A stretch of 64,000 bases of DNA from the human T2T-CHM13v2.0 reference genome, Homo sapiens: NCBI RefSeq assembly GCF_009914755.1, contig NC_060929.1; one strand, written 5' to 3'. The translations under genes and the position numbers were made by a program. Shown in pieces: positions 12,671 through 24,860 of this stretch (position 1 is the first letter of the stretch; each line of letters begins with the position of its first letter). The notes beneath the pieces are model-generated. The model did not search any database. It had not been told where the DNA came from and worked only from the letters and a program-made list of their open reading frames with translations.

Positions 12671-13544
12671 TTCTCTGCCATGATGTTCTCTGTTGTTTTC
12701 AGTTTTCTCTTCCTAGCATAGAAAAATGTCAGAAAATATGTGATCAAATGTAGCAGGTATATTCTGCAAAGTACCTGTTGAAATTGCTTCTCTGCCTCTG
12801 CCCTCCCTACAACTTCCCCCAAGTCTCACTCCAAGTACAGTTTGAAGGAGGTTGTTCTAAGGCAGGAGGAGGAAAGGAGCCTGGCCTTGCTGGCAGTGCT
12901 GGGTGTGAATGGGAAGGTGTGCCACTCCCTTTGCCCAACTCTTCTGTCCTAATCCTTAGAGGAATCCATCAATTCCTACCTTCCAGATTATCTACAAGGA
13001 TACAGCTATTGTCTATGCAGCCTGTTAGAAGCAAAGTCATAATTCAAGTCATGCCTGTCATCAAAATGTTGCATTGGAAAAGCTGTGTGGACCAGTGGCT
13101 AAACCACAAGTTTTACAAACCCAACAGACGTTCCTTGCATTGGCAAATCAAAAGCTGGTCTGAAGCCAGATGCTCAGTGTCTTCCAGCAATCCTCATCAA
13201 TAACTGACACATTCCATGCTATTTCTGAAGTATAACATTCCAAGTTAGATAGATAGGCATTTGCTCTGCACTGGTGTTTTCGAGTCCAAAGGATTCACAA
13301 ATACATTCTTTAGATTAAAGCATTTCTGTACAGATTTGGGGGTAAAAGAGGGTTTTCACCGCATGGAACTCCAATCCCAAACCCTCTGTCTATCTTAAAC
13401 TAATATAAAGTAAGTCATGTTTCTGTTTCTCTTTCAAAGATTTACTTCTAGCCAGATATTTACATAAGGTAATGCTGCCTACATACTAGGAGATTAACAA
13501 CATGTACAGCCAGTTTGAGAAAATGCATACTTATTTTAAATTCA

Positions 13545-13877
<333 letters not shown>

Positions 13878-15112
13878 TTATATTAACAGAAGAGGACACC
13901 ACAGATGTAGAAACCTAGATTCTTCAAAGGCCCCAGTTTCAAATATTCAGTCTTTTTTGGGCACACCAATTGGCAAAAACAAATTGGTACTTAACATTTC
14001 TTTTCAATGACTCAGCAAATGAATGGCTTCTGTTCTGTTGTCGTAACTTTTTTAGACATATAGGACCATATGTCTCTATTTTCATTCGAAAAATATGGCC
14101 AATAAAACCTAACAGGTACAGAGACATCTGCTGAATTATAACAGCCAAGCCGAAGATACATCTTTTCCTTGTCAATAACTTAGAAATTCTTTGATCCTAA
14201 AAATAAACCACAAAGTTTACCATCAACCACCCTAGATTTTAAAAATTGGCTTCAATGTATACGTCCTTTCTTCAGAAACAGCCATTGTAGAAAACAACTG
14301 TAATGTTGTTGCAAAATTCTTGGGCCTAGAATTAGTGAGCTTCACGCTAAGGCTCATCTCTGAGATGTCCTGTTTCTCAGAAGCAGTTTTAACTAAATTT
14401 CATATTTAATAAATATTAATAATACATACTATTAAATAAAATGTATACATTTTGCCAGACAATTCTTAAGAAAAGCATATGGGCAAGGTACCATTGTGAA
14501 TGACAACCTTCACGGTCAGGTTCCACCTGCATCCTCAACAAGCTTCTCTGTGATTGGAAGCGTCTTTTATACTCCTCTATTTATTTTCACTTTAACCCAG
14601 TATTCTAGAAGTGATTTCTACTCCATTTTCTATTGCCCAGTAAGATTCACTTCAGTGGGAGACTGGGTTATGAAAAAATATATTTAAAGCATTCATGTTT
14701 ATGATTCAAAGAGTGGGGGGAAAAGCCTTACCTTGAGCTCTGAAAAGTTTGCCAACACATTTCCAGGGTTTAAGGTGAAGAATGATTTCTGTTTTGCCTC
14801 AATATGAATTGCAAAATTCAAATGATTAACCTCACCATGGGGCTCTCTGTTTCCAGGGCAAACAGGAGAAAGGACTGTTTCTCTGCTTAAACCTCTAAAT
14901 CAGTCTGCTTGGAGTAAAGCTGGCAGGTGAGGGCTCGGCAGAAGTCACATCCTTTTCTCATCAAAACCTTACAAATTATTTATTTGATTAGGAAAGAGAC
15001 GCCACAAAAGGCAACATATATTGACAGTTACCACCACTAAGTTCTTTTTCCGTTTTTCCTAGTTGGTGAAGAAATGAAAGAGCCTCTTAAAATTCACTCC
15101 TCATTTTTTATT

Positions 15113-15157
15113 CGTGTGTGTGTGTGTGCGTGCGTGTGTGTGTGTTTGTTGTGTGTA
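15113..15157. repeat. (GT)n microsatellite
   Basis: GTGTGT run with GCGT interruptions. Confidence 0.9.
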
Positions 15158-16638
15158 TATTGTGGAATCAATGTCTGACTTAATATCAAAATACCAGAAA
15201 GAATACTGACTATGGCTAGCATGTATTATGGCTAATAAAATGTAACTGGGCCAAATTGTTCTCAGAGAAAGTTGTGTACATTCATTCCTAAGAGGCAAGA
15301 ATGTGAACCTAGTATAGAGTCATAAAAGTAATAAATCTACATAGCTACAGAAAGCTTTCACAGCCAATGTGCTAAATTTGTTCAGTGAGTTGTCAAGAAA
15401 ACATTTTCTATGACTATATCTTTTCAATTTAAAATAAATACCTCCACCAGATCCCAGTAAAAATTGACAAATTATATTAAAGACCATGGAACTGGTACTG
15501 ATACATTTTGAATAGAGGAGAAGTCTGCAGTGGGAAAAACAATAACCAAAAAGGTTTAATTTGTGTCTCGATATGAATTTACTCCTTCATATCTCCACTA
15601 CTGCCCTATCATCCCTCCCATAATGCAATTCTCCTCCAGCCTCTGCCACTCCAGGAACACTCACCACCATCTCCATCTATTAACCTAGGGTTCTCTTCCT
15701 CCTTCTTCCTCTTCATCTTCCCACCAGATTTTCCTCCTGCTATCTTCCCTGTCATAGATGTGTCCTCTCCCAATCAACACAAGCAGAATTTTCTTCCCTT
15801 TACTTCTCCCACCAATATGTTGAATAATTCTCTTCCTTTCCTGCTCCCATCCCATCCATGTATTTAGGTATTAAGTTCCCACTGATTACTTTAGGGTTTT
15901 TTCCCCACATATGTTCCCCACTGAGAAAGACTTGTAACACTTGTAACACTACCAAAACTACCCTGATTTCCCACAACTTCAAACTCCACCATTTAGAAAG
16001 TGGCCAGGATTCTATAATGCTAATTTAAACACCTAATACTGTATGCCTGGCCTATGGTAAGCATTCAACAAGTACTTGTGGAATAAACCACATCTAAATC
16101 AATAGATGGGGATGGCAAGTGGTGAGGATGGGGAGACAGTACTTGCAAGTGGGATATGGCAAGAAGGACCCTGGAAAATTCTGCTGAGGACAGTATTTAG
16201 CCAGCTTTTCAGTTGGAGCAGCTAAAGGATCCACTTTGTCATTCTACTTAGGTTTCTTGAGGTTAAAATTTTAAAAATAAATTTGTACAAGTCCTAGCAA
16301 TTCCTCTACTGCTTAATGTTATATACAGGAAAAATTAAGGAAAAAAACCTCAATGATGGCAAAGCTGAGCAGAAAGCTTGAGAATAAGTACATCTAAGGT
16401 ATTTATGATGCTGAGCTACGAGAATGGGATTCTAGCCTCTGTTATCCCTAATTCATTAGTGAAACTGGACAACTAAAGGTTTCTAGAATCTAGAGCAGAA
16501 AAGCTTCACAAATTATTTGCTCAGATGTTCCATTTTACAGATTAGACCCAGAGGGATTAAGGGAATATGTGTGAAGTCATGGAATGAGCTACCAGCAGAG
16601 TCAAAGCCAACATCTAGGTCTTCTCTACTCCTCTTCTG

Positions 16639-16950
16639 CAGTTGGTCCTCCTTATCTATGGGGTTTCACATCCACAGATTCAACCAACCACAAATCAAAG
16701 ATATTCAAACAATAAACAATGATACGAAAATAAAATAAATGTTTAAAAATACAGTATGGCAACAATTCACATAGCATTTACATTGATTTGGGTATTTTAA
16801 GTAATATAGAGATTAAAGTATACGGGAGAATATGCCTAGGTTATATGCAAATATTATGACATTTTATATAAAGGATTTGAGCATCTGCAGATTTTGTTAT
16901 CCAAGGGGGCATGCTGGATCCAATCCCCCACAGATACGGAAGGACAACTA
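16639..16950 (-). mobile_element. MER2 (TcMar-Tigger MITE)
   Basis: Ends CAGTTGGTCCTCCTTATC and CAATCCCCCACAGATACGGAAGGACAACTA. Interior GGTTATATGCAAATA...TTTTATATAAAGGATTTGAGCATC is antisense MER2. Confidence 0.88.
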
Positions 16951-18461
16951 TAATAATATCCTCCTGTCTAATCCCCTAGGTTGTTGTGAGAATGCGTAAA
17001 ATGAAAATATATATGCTAGATATAAAAAAATTGTGCAAAGCTAAAACTGTCACACAGGGATATTTTAAGAGTTTTTTCCCTAAATGTTACACTTACTTAA
17101 TTTTTTAAAAATGTTTAATTCCTGCTGTCTGGCCACTAGGCCTTTATTCAATGTGGTAATTATGCTTTCCTACAAAGAATGTCAAAGATGATCCGCATTT
17201 GCTTATTCATTTAACAGCCCTTATCCTCATATATTTAATTCCAAAACAAATAGCCACCAGCCACTTCTACATGCCTCTCAGAACCATGCAAACTTCTCAA
17301 CGAGCTCCATTAATCTTTTAATTTTCTTTTCTAAAGACACAGACCTTTTTCCTGTCTGAACCATGGGACTCCTATAGCATTATCTTACATACCTCAGTCA
17401 TTTCTTTCTCATTGTTACAAATGGAGACAAGAACTGAGAGCAGCATTAGAGTAATTTCCTCCAGGTTACTGTATATTCAATACTTCTATTTATACTTTTC
17501 ATTTTGTCTGCTGCCTTTGTTTTTGGTCCTTCCCCGAAGCCCCCGCCACCCTGCTGCTAAGCCTGGTATCAAATATACAAGAGTTTTATATACTGAAGTT
17601 GAGATGATGTCATTTTCCCTTTACTTGGGAATGGATCACTTTTGAAAGTGTAGGTTTTCTATTTAACATTTTAAAATAAAACTCAATCAGCTTTGATGGT
17701 ATTAGTTCTACCTCCTTTTAGCCAAGTCCTCAGGAAATGCTTTACTGCATCCTGGGCTAGTGTCTACCTTATTATGGAAACTATTTGTTTTCTTCCCCTT
17801 GCCTGAAACATCAAAGATAAATAAAACAACTTGACTGTTGAGCATAAGACAGATTTTCTGTCCACTCAGGAAGTTAATCCACAAGTGAAACTGGTATGTT
17901 ACTCTGTCTTCCACAAAAGAATCACAGGTTATCCTGAAGTGAGGAGGTATTGAAGTTCACGATTTCCCACGGTACATAATTTAGTTTTGTGTGTGTTTGT
18001 TTGTTTTAGTTTGAGCACAACAATGCTTTCTGATTTGAGAGGTTGGCATTTTTAAAACCCTATGTCTCTCTCTTGCCACTGCCTTCTTTTGGCTTCAAGA
18101 CATCATTTCTGTATGTAGCCAACTTCTGCAGTTAGAAAACTAAGTGCAGTGGTCTCTGAGCAACGAAAATTGATTTCAGTGGGAACTGTGTCCCTGTAAC
18201 TGTAGGAAGAAGCTCATCCTTCTCTTATGGTAACAAAATCCTCTTCCCTTTTTATTGATATATATGTGTATTTTTCCCCTAATGCCCACTTCCCTGCAAG
18301 CAAAAAATAAATCTCTCCAGCATCTCTCCCCTGTTATTTCCTTTGGATTCGAAGTAGACCCAGTGCTAAAGTCTGGCCATTTCCAGAGCCATCACTTTCC
18401 CAGGTCTCAACTTTGGGCTAATCTTTATTTCTCTGGTAATTTTCCTTCTTAGAGCCAGCTA

Positions 18462-18575
18462 GTGTATATGCATATATATGTGTGTGTGTGTATGTCTATG
18501 TGTATATATGTGTGTAAATTGTAAATTACATAGGTATGTTTACGCATACGTATGTGTGTGCTGTAGACACACACA
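18462..18575. repeat. (TG)/(TA) low-complexity microsatellite
   Basis: GTGTATATGCATATATATGTGTGTGTGTG... seen directly. Confidence 0.85.
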
Positions 18576-19033
18576 ATATTTAGCCATTTCTTGGCTCAGT
18601 TAAGTCTCCTTGGCAAGGTTTTGAATGTTCAACTCTCTCTTACTCTATAGTTTTCCAGTTCCTATGAACTAGAAATTTCTTTTGGTATTTCAGTTTTTAT
18701 TCTTCTGGTCTCACTGACAAACAAATGATGCAAAGCTCAATATTGTCTTTATTTTTAAAAAATATTTATTTATTTATTTATTTTTGCCAATGAGTTACCA
18801 TTCACCTAAGAGCTCCCCTTGTTCTATATGCACAGTCAACATAGCCTTTATGGATTTCATCCACAATTGCTGTGATTGTGTAACATACCAGGGAATACTA
18901 TCTTCCAAAGATATTTCCCTTCATTTTATTCCTATATGCACACACACACACATACACATACACACACATATTTATAGTCCTTCCTAAGTTTAATATTCTA
19001 TTCAACAATATTTTACTCTTCCACCGTTATATA

Positions 19034-19600
19034 CAGGTTAAGCATCCCTAATCCAAAAATCTGAGGCCAGGCACAGTGGCTTATGCCTGTAATCCCATCA
19101 CTTTAGGAGGCTGAGGCAGGCGGATCACTTGAGATCAGGAGTTTGAGACCAGCCTAACCAACATGGTGAAACTCCATCTCTACTAAAAATACAAAAACTA
19201 GCCGGTTGTGGTGGTGCACACCTGTAACCCCAGCTACTCGGGAAGCTGAGGGAGGAGAATTGCTTGAACCCGGGAGGCGGAGGCTTCAGGGAGCCAAGAT
19301 TGTGCTACTGCATTCCAGCCTGGATGACGAAACAAAAAAAACCAAAGATCTCAAATCCAAAATGCTCCAAAATATGAGCTTAAGTGCCAACATGACACAA
19401 GTGGAAAATTCCACTCCTGGCCTCATGCGATGGGGTCGCAGTCAAAACTTCGTTTCATGCACAAAATTATCTAATATATTGTATAAAATTGCCTTTAGGC
19501 TATAAGTTTAAGACATATATACATAAAATATATTTTGAACTTAGACATGGGTACAATCCCCATGATATCTTTGATGCATAAACAAGCTCTTAAAATTCTC
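19034..19600 (+). mobile_element. Tigger4b (Zombi/MER46-type) DNA transposon, split by an Alu
   Basis: TA|CAGGTTAAGCATCCCTAATCCAAAAATCTGA, resuming after the Alu with AATCCAAAATGCTCCAAAAT...CAAGTGGAAAATTCCAC...GGTCGCAGTCAAAAC. Confidence 0.85.
19065..19341 (+). mobile_element. Alu (AluS) nested in Tigger4b
   Basis: GGCCAGGCACAGTGGC...CCAGCCTGGATGACGA plus a short A tail, with the terminal GAGACTCCGTCTC missing. Diverged TSD CCAAAAATCTGA / CCAAAGATCTCA. Confidence 0.95.
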
Positions 19601-21925
19601 CATCCTGAGCAGACCTCATGATATGACTTTTCCTGGTAAGACATTTTACAAAAAAAGAAAGAAGTGGTGCACTCAATTTCTATTCTTATTTTTTATTATT
19701 TTTAATTTCAAGCCATAATGATTTTGCTCACTCAGCACCTACTCGAAGCGCCCCTTTTACTTTGATTTTTTTTCTAACCCTTACTTTATACATAAGGTTA
19801 TTCCTTTGGCTTCATTTCTGCTAGCCTGACACGTTTCTTCTTTGCTGATCTTTTCTAAACAGTTTATGTCCCACAATATTTATCCTTCTCCCTCACACAC
19901 CATTCATTTCCATTACTCACTCTCTGATTTGGCTATACCCATCATTTCTGAAATAGAGAATGCCTGAACTTCTTTGAAAATCCACATGTCAAAATGTAAT
20001 AAAAATGTTTTCATTGTTACATTGTTTTAAGAGAAATGAATGGCTTGCTCAACCATCAGTTCCAAATTTATATTCAATTTTGGGAATATATATTATTAAG
20101 CCTTTTTTCTCTTCCCCTGGTTATAAAATACTCAACTTGACTCTGTAGTCTTGCATGGCTGGGATTAGGAGTTAAGGCATTCCTTATAAATCAGTGTAAT
20201 CTTCACAACAGGACATTGCTGTATCGAGAATTCCTCTCTGTATTGTGCATTTTCAATTATGTTACATGTTTCTACTTAGTAAGCCAGCTTAATTCTACGC
20301 TATGTCACAATATTAGAACATGTCCAGGTTAGAAAAAGGGGCAATCTTACTTCTCTTGTAAGTTGTTTAGCCTTTGGCACTTATAAATCCCCCCAAAACA
20401 CAGGGGAAATCCCTTTTCCTTGCTTTTAATATGTCTTTAGATTTATTACATGAAGAATCTGCTCACTTAATCCTTTGCTGAGGCCAAGGCTCGTCAGTCT
20501 TCTAATAAAGGTTCCACGAAGAGAAAGGAAGAAAACAAAATCACAAAATAGGTGTTCAAGGGATGCTTCAAACTTAAAACACATTTCCAAGTATATTCTC
20601 CACAAGACAGACAAGAAGAGGCAGGAGACTTTAAGTTACTCTGCATAAATCCAGCCCCATTTATCTTCAGCTTTCTTTCTAGACAGTCCAGTCAGGGCAA
20701 GCAAGCAGGGAAGAGGCTGAAGGGCTCTTCGGGGACCAAATTACAGTTTCAAAATGGTTCTTGTGTTCCAGGTGTAGGACAATGTTATCTGAGAAATCTT
20801 ACAAAGATTTGGTGTTCTTTAAAGAGCTCTGTTAAAACATTTAAAATGATCAAAGATTACATCATTAAAAAAGGAGGGAAGTGAGGTTGAGAAGCTTTAT
20901 TTAAAATATGTTTTAAGCAGTTCTGGCCCAAATACTAAAACTCCTGCAAATGAATGAAGGAAAAAAAGGTCACTAAAATAAAAAATTAACATATCCTTTA
21001 AAATGTCACTTCCAAGTTCCCAGCAAACATGGCAGAGTCCACAGAGTATTGATTGCATCATGAAATAATCATTAAATTTCTCTATGCATTTCTGATACCA
21101 AAATTTAATAATGGGACAATATTATTCTTTGAATCAAATCTATTTTGGATCTTTTTTCAAGCTTGAGTTAGGGAAGAGGCCATTGAATTTTTTTTCTTTG
21201 GTTCTTAAAAATCCTCTCTATGCACAAACATGAGAAAATAAAAAATAGAAGGCAGATAAATAAAAAGTAAAATCTTTTAATGCCTAAATATGTCTTTATC
21301 CTTTTCAGGTTTATTTTTCTCCCCCTTTTTTACTCATACTCCTGAAACTACCCTGGGTTAAGTTCCATCAAGTGGCAGATTAGTTTCCATGATGCTAAAA
21401 AGGTCCCAATTACTTGCGGCATGTAGAGTGACCCATCCTTCAAAACTCAAACCAGATATCACCTCCTCGTTGTTTTACAGGCAAGATTAGTTGCTCTTTC
21501 AACATCACAGAGAAGAGCAGGAAGTGTGGCAGAAGAAATATAGGAACTTGGCCATTTACTGTGTCACCTGGACAGGTAATCCAACGTCCCTGTGTTTCCA
21601 TTTCCTTATCTGTAAAATGGGACTCATGCTTGCCCTGCTGATTTCAATGGGCTTTTACAACAATCAGATGGGCCAGTGCACAGAAAAGCTTTATAAAGTA
21701 TCAATTCGCCCACATCTCTAAGCCAACAGTCCCTTATCTGGTTTCCTTTAAGAAGCCAGGTATGTTTCAGAATGCAGAACCCTTTAGATTTTAGAAAGTT
21801 AATGTTACATATACTATATATACTGTATATTATGTAACAACCCATCAGTGAAATATATAAATATGAACATTAAATAGGACAAAGATTATAATGAATGCCA
21901 AAATCAATTTCAGTCTATAAGAATC

Positions 21926-21965
21926 TTGTCCAAATTTATTTACCATTGTCCAAATTTATTTACCA
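21926..21965. repeat. Perfect 20-bp tandem duplication
   Basis: TTGTCCAAATTTATTTACCA x2. Confidence 0.95.
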
Positions 21966-22151
21966 GCTGAGGAGAACAGATGATCATTTTCCCTTGTAGG
22001 ACTATGAACATCAATAATAAGTCAGATGCCAGGTAGGAAATGTTGGACACCAGCACTATTCATTGAGCATTCATTATGCACAGAGTACTCAGTACAGCAC
22101 TTTGAAAAAGAATAAAAACGCAGTAAAAAAATAACATTTAGCCAGGTTCAA

Positions 22152-22226
22152 CAGCAGATGGATTGCTTGAGCCTAGGAATTTGAAGCCAGCCTGGCAACA
22201 TAGCGAGGCCCTGTCTCAAAATAAAA
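22152..22226 (+). mobile_element. FLAM/AluJ left-monomer fragment
   Basis: GGATTGCTTGAGCCTAGGAATTTGAAGCCAGCCTGGCAACATAGCGAGGCCCTGTCTCAAAATAAAA. Confidence 0.85.
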
Positions 22227-23946
22227 TTGTAACGATAATATTTGTTTGGCTATTCTATAATAAAAATCGTGATGAAAATAAAGTTAATACTAATATCAGT
22301 GGACATTTACAGAGTACTTACTATACGTCCTAAGCATTCTACATGTATTATCTCATTTAATGGTCACAATAATCGATGCCAAATATTATGCATAATCTAC
22401 AGACAAGAGGCTGGGCCAGAAAGAAGGAAAGTCATCTGCCCTGCCCAGGTCAGTGACTAAAGACAATGCTATCATTCTACTGGGACACCATCAATAAACC
22501 AAATACTTCCTGAGAGGAGAATGGTAAGCAATTCAGATCAGGAGGAGTGACCTGGCCAAAGGAGATTCTGAAGCCTGGTAGCCTGAACTACCTAACCAGT
22601 GATCCCTTGAGGCAGAAGTGGAAACTGCTCCCAGCCTGTAAACATATCTGAAGCTTGTTTTCCAACCAGCTGCTGAAATGCAACTCAACTTCCAAGTTCT
22701 AAAAATAAAACTCCTGAGATCAGCCAAATCATACTTTTGGAACTATTGACATATACAAACATTTCTTCTCCTGAAATGCATTCTTGATTCAGCACAAAGA
22801 GAGAGGCAAAGAAGAGGAGTGGTTAAAAGATGGAAAGGAAAGGAATTCCCAATTACTGTATACAACAGATAACAAGGAAGAGAAAAATTAAAGGCAAAGT
22901 CAGGTTGAACAAGGAAAGGTTCTTTAGCTACAAAGTCAATAAAAGAAAGAAATAATAATATGGATTGTTAACCCTTCACAGAAGGCAAGTTTCAAATCAC
23001 TTTCAATCAAAATAAAATATTCCTTAATCACTTGAGGATAAAGAGCTTTCAAGGAATACGGTACCATTCGATGTGGAGAACGGATCACAGAATTTCCATT
23101 TAATTATCCACTGTTGAATAAGATTTGCTATATTGATGGGAAGTTGAGTTTTTTTTCCTCAACTATTACCTATTAAATTGTAATCTCCAGAGGGCACAAG
23201 CTTTGCCCATTTCTTTTCTTGTATCTCCTTTATACACGTTTCTGAAAGATTAAACACTCAATAAATGGTTCATTCAATAATAGTAATCGCTACCATTTCT
23301 GAAGACCTGTAATGTACTACATGCTGACTGTTTTTCATAATTCTCTAATTTAATCTTGTTTTAGGGGAATATTATTACCCACAACTTCCTGATGAAAAAA
23401 ATCAAAGCTTAAGTAACTTGCTCAAGACCACACAGCTAAGTGGCAAAGGCTGGGACTCAAATTGTATGATTTCAAAGTTCTTGTTTCTCTGATGTTGTAC
23501 ATATGTGTTGTGCATATTTACACACATAGGATAAAGTCACGTGGGTGGTTGCTTTATTCTCCAGGATCTCACCATCTTCTTTCATTACTCCATTAAAATT
23601 GTCTCTGTAGGCCAAATGACTCCAATAGCTCTTTAAAACCTCTTGTAAAATAAATACCCAAAGAATTTCCACTTTTGATATTTCATTTCTCTCCTTGGAA
23701 GATCAGAAAAAAAAACTGGTTGCCCCTACCCCTGCCCACCCACCTATCCTATCCCAGTGGCACAAACAGAGTTTCAGAGATGTGCCCAGTTCTTATAGCT
23801 AAATAGTAATGGAGGTAGAATTTGGGTCCCTTGATTTCAGCCCAAGACACACCGAACACAGAGGCATTTTGACAGCCAGTTCATATTTGTTAAGGGTCTA
23901 TTAGACCCTTAGTATTACTGCAGGGCAACTGAAATCATTCTTGCTC

Positions 23947-24444
23947 TCATTCTATTATAAAGACATATATGAACGTGTATGTTCATGCAGCACTATTCGC
24001 AATAACAAAGACATGGAATCAACCCAAATGCCCATCAGTGATAGACTGGATAAAGAAAATGTGGTACATACACACCATGGAATACTATGCAGCTATAAAA
24101 AGAAAGAGATCATGTCCTTTGCGGGACATGGATGGAGCTGGAGGCCATTATCCTTAGCAAACTAACACAAAACAGAAAACCAAATACTGCATGTTCTCAC
24201 TTACAAGTGGAAGCTAAATGATGAGAACACATGGACACATAGAGGGAAACAACACACACTAGGGCCTTCTAGAGGGTGGAGGGTTGGAGGAGGGAGAGGA
24301 TGAGGAAAAATAACTAATGGGTACTAGGCTTAATACCTGGATGATGAAATAATCTGTACAACAAACCCCCATGACACACGTTTACCTATATAACAAACCT
24401 GCACATCCTGCACATGTGGCCCTGAACTTAAACGTTAAAAAAAA
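23947..24444 (+). mobile_element. 5'-truncated L1PA (L1PA13-16-like) 3' end
   Basis: ORF2 C-terminal remnant (AALFAITKTWNQPKCPSVIDWIKKMWYIHTMEYYAAIK). 3' UTR GGAAAAATAACTAATGGGTACTAGGCTTAATACCTGG, then poly-A. 19-bp TSD AAATCATTCTTGCTCTCAT at 23932-23950 and 24445-24463. Confidence 0.96.
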
Positions 24445-24629
24445 AAATCATTCTTGCTCTCATCTAGTTGAAAGGGACAGTTAACATGCATATGTGACTA
24501 AGAAATGAACTGTGCAAGTTGATGATACTAATTAACCACAAGCAACAGAATTTCATAGAAGCCACCATCCAATGGCAAAAAGAGCCACAAGACTTAGCTT
24601 CAAGTTCAAGTTGTGCCACTGCCCCCACA

Positions 24630-24860
24630 GCTGTTTTGGTGAAGTCACTTTTTCTTCCTTTTATAAGATGATTAGTTTGGAAATGGAGAATTATGTCTTG
24701 TCTCCAACAGTGAAGAGTGGTGTGAGCTTTGACAGTGGAAAATGGGGATATTAATACTACCTCCACTGGACTGCTGTGAGGAGGAAATGAGACAATGCAC
24801 AAAGGGTACTGGGCGAGGCATCTAGAGGGCTCAACAAATGCTGGCCATCACTATTTGCCA
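24630..24860 (+). mobile_element. MIR fragments
   Basis: AAAATGGGGATATTAATACTACCTCC...TGTGAGGAGGAAATGAGACAATGCA...GCTCAACAAATGCTGGC. Confidence 0.65.

Noticed and set aside
14726-14750. Minus-strand CTTTTCAG | AGCTCAAG | GTAAGG microexon-like pattern
   Set aside because: An 8-nt exon would shift frame, and the polypyrimidine tract is very short.
23969-24157. ORF with real protein homology
   Set aside because: It is the C-terminal remnant of L1 ORF2 in a 5'-truncated dead element, so it is annotated as a mobile element rather than a CDS.
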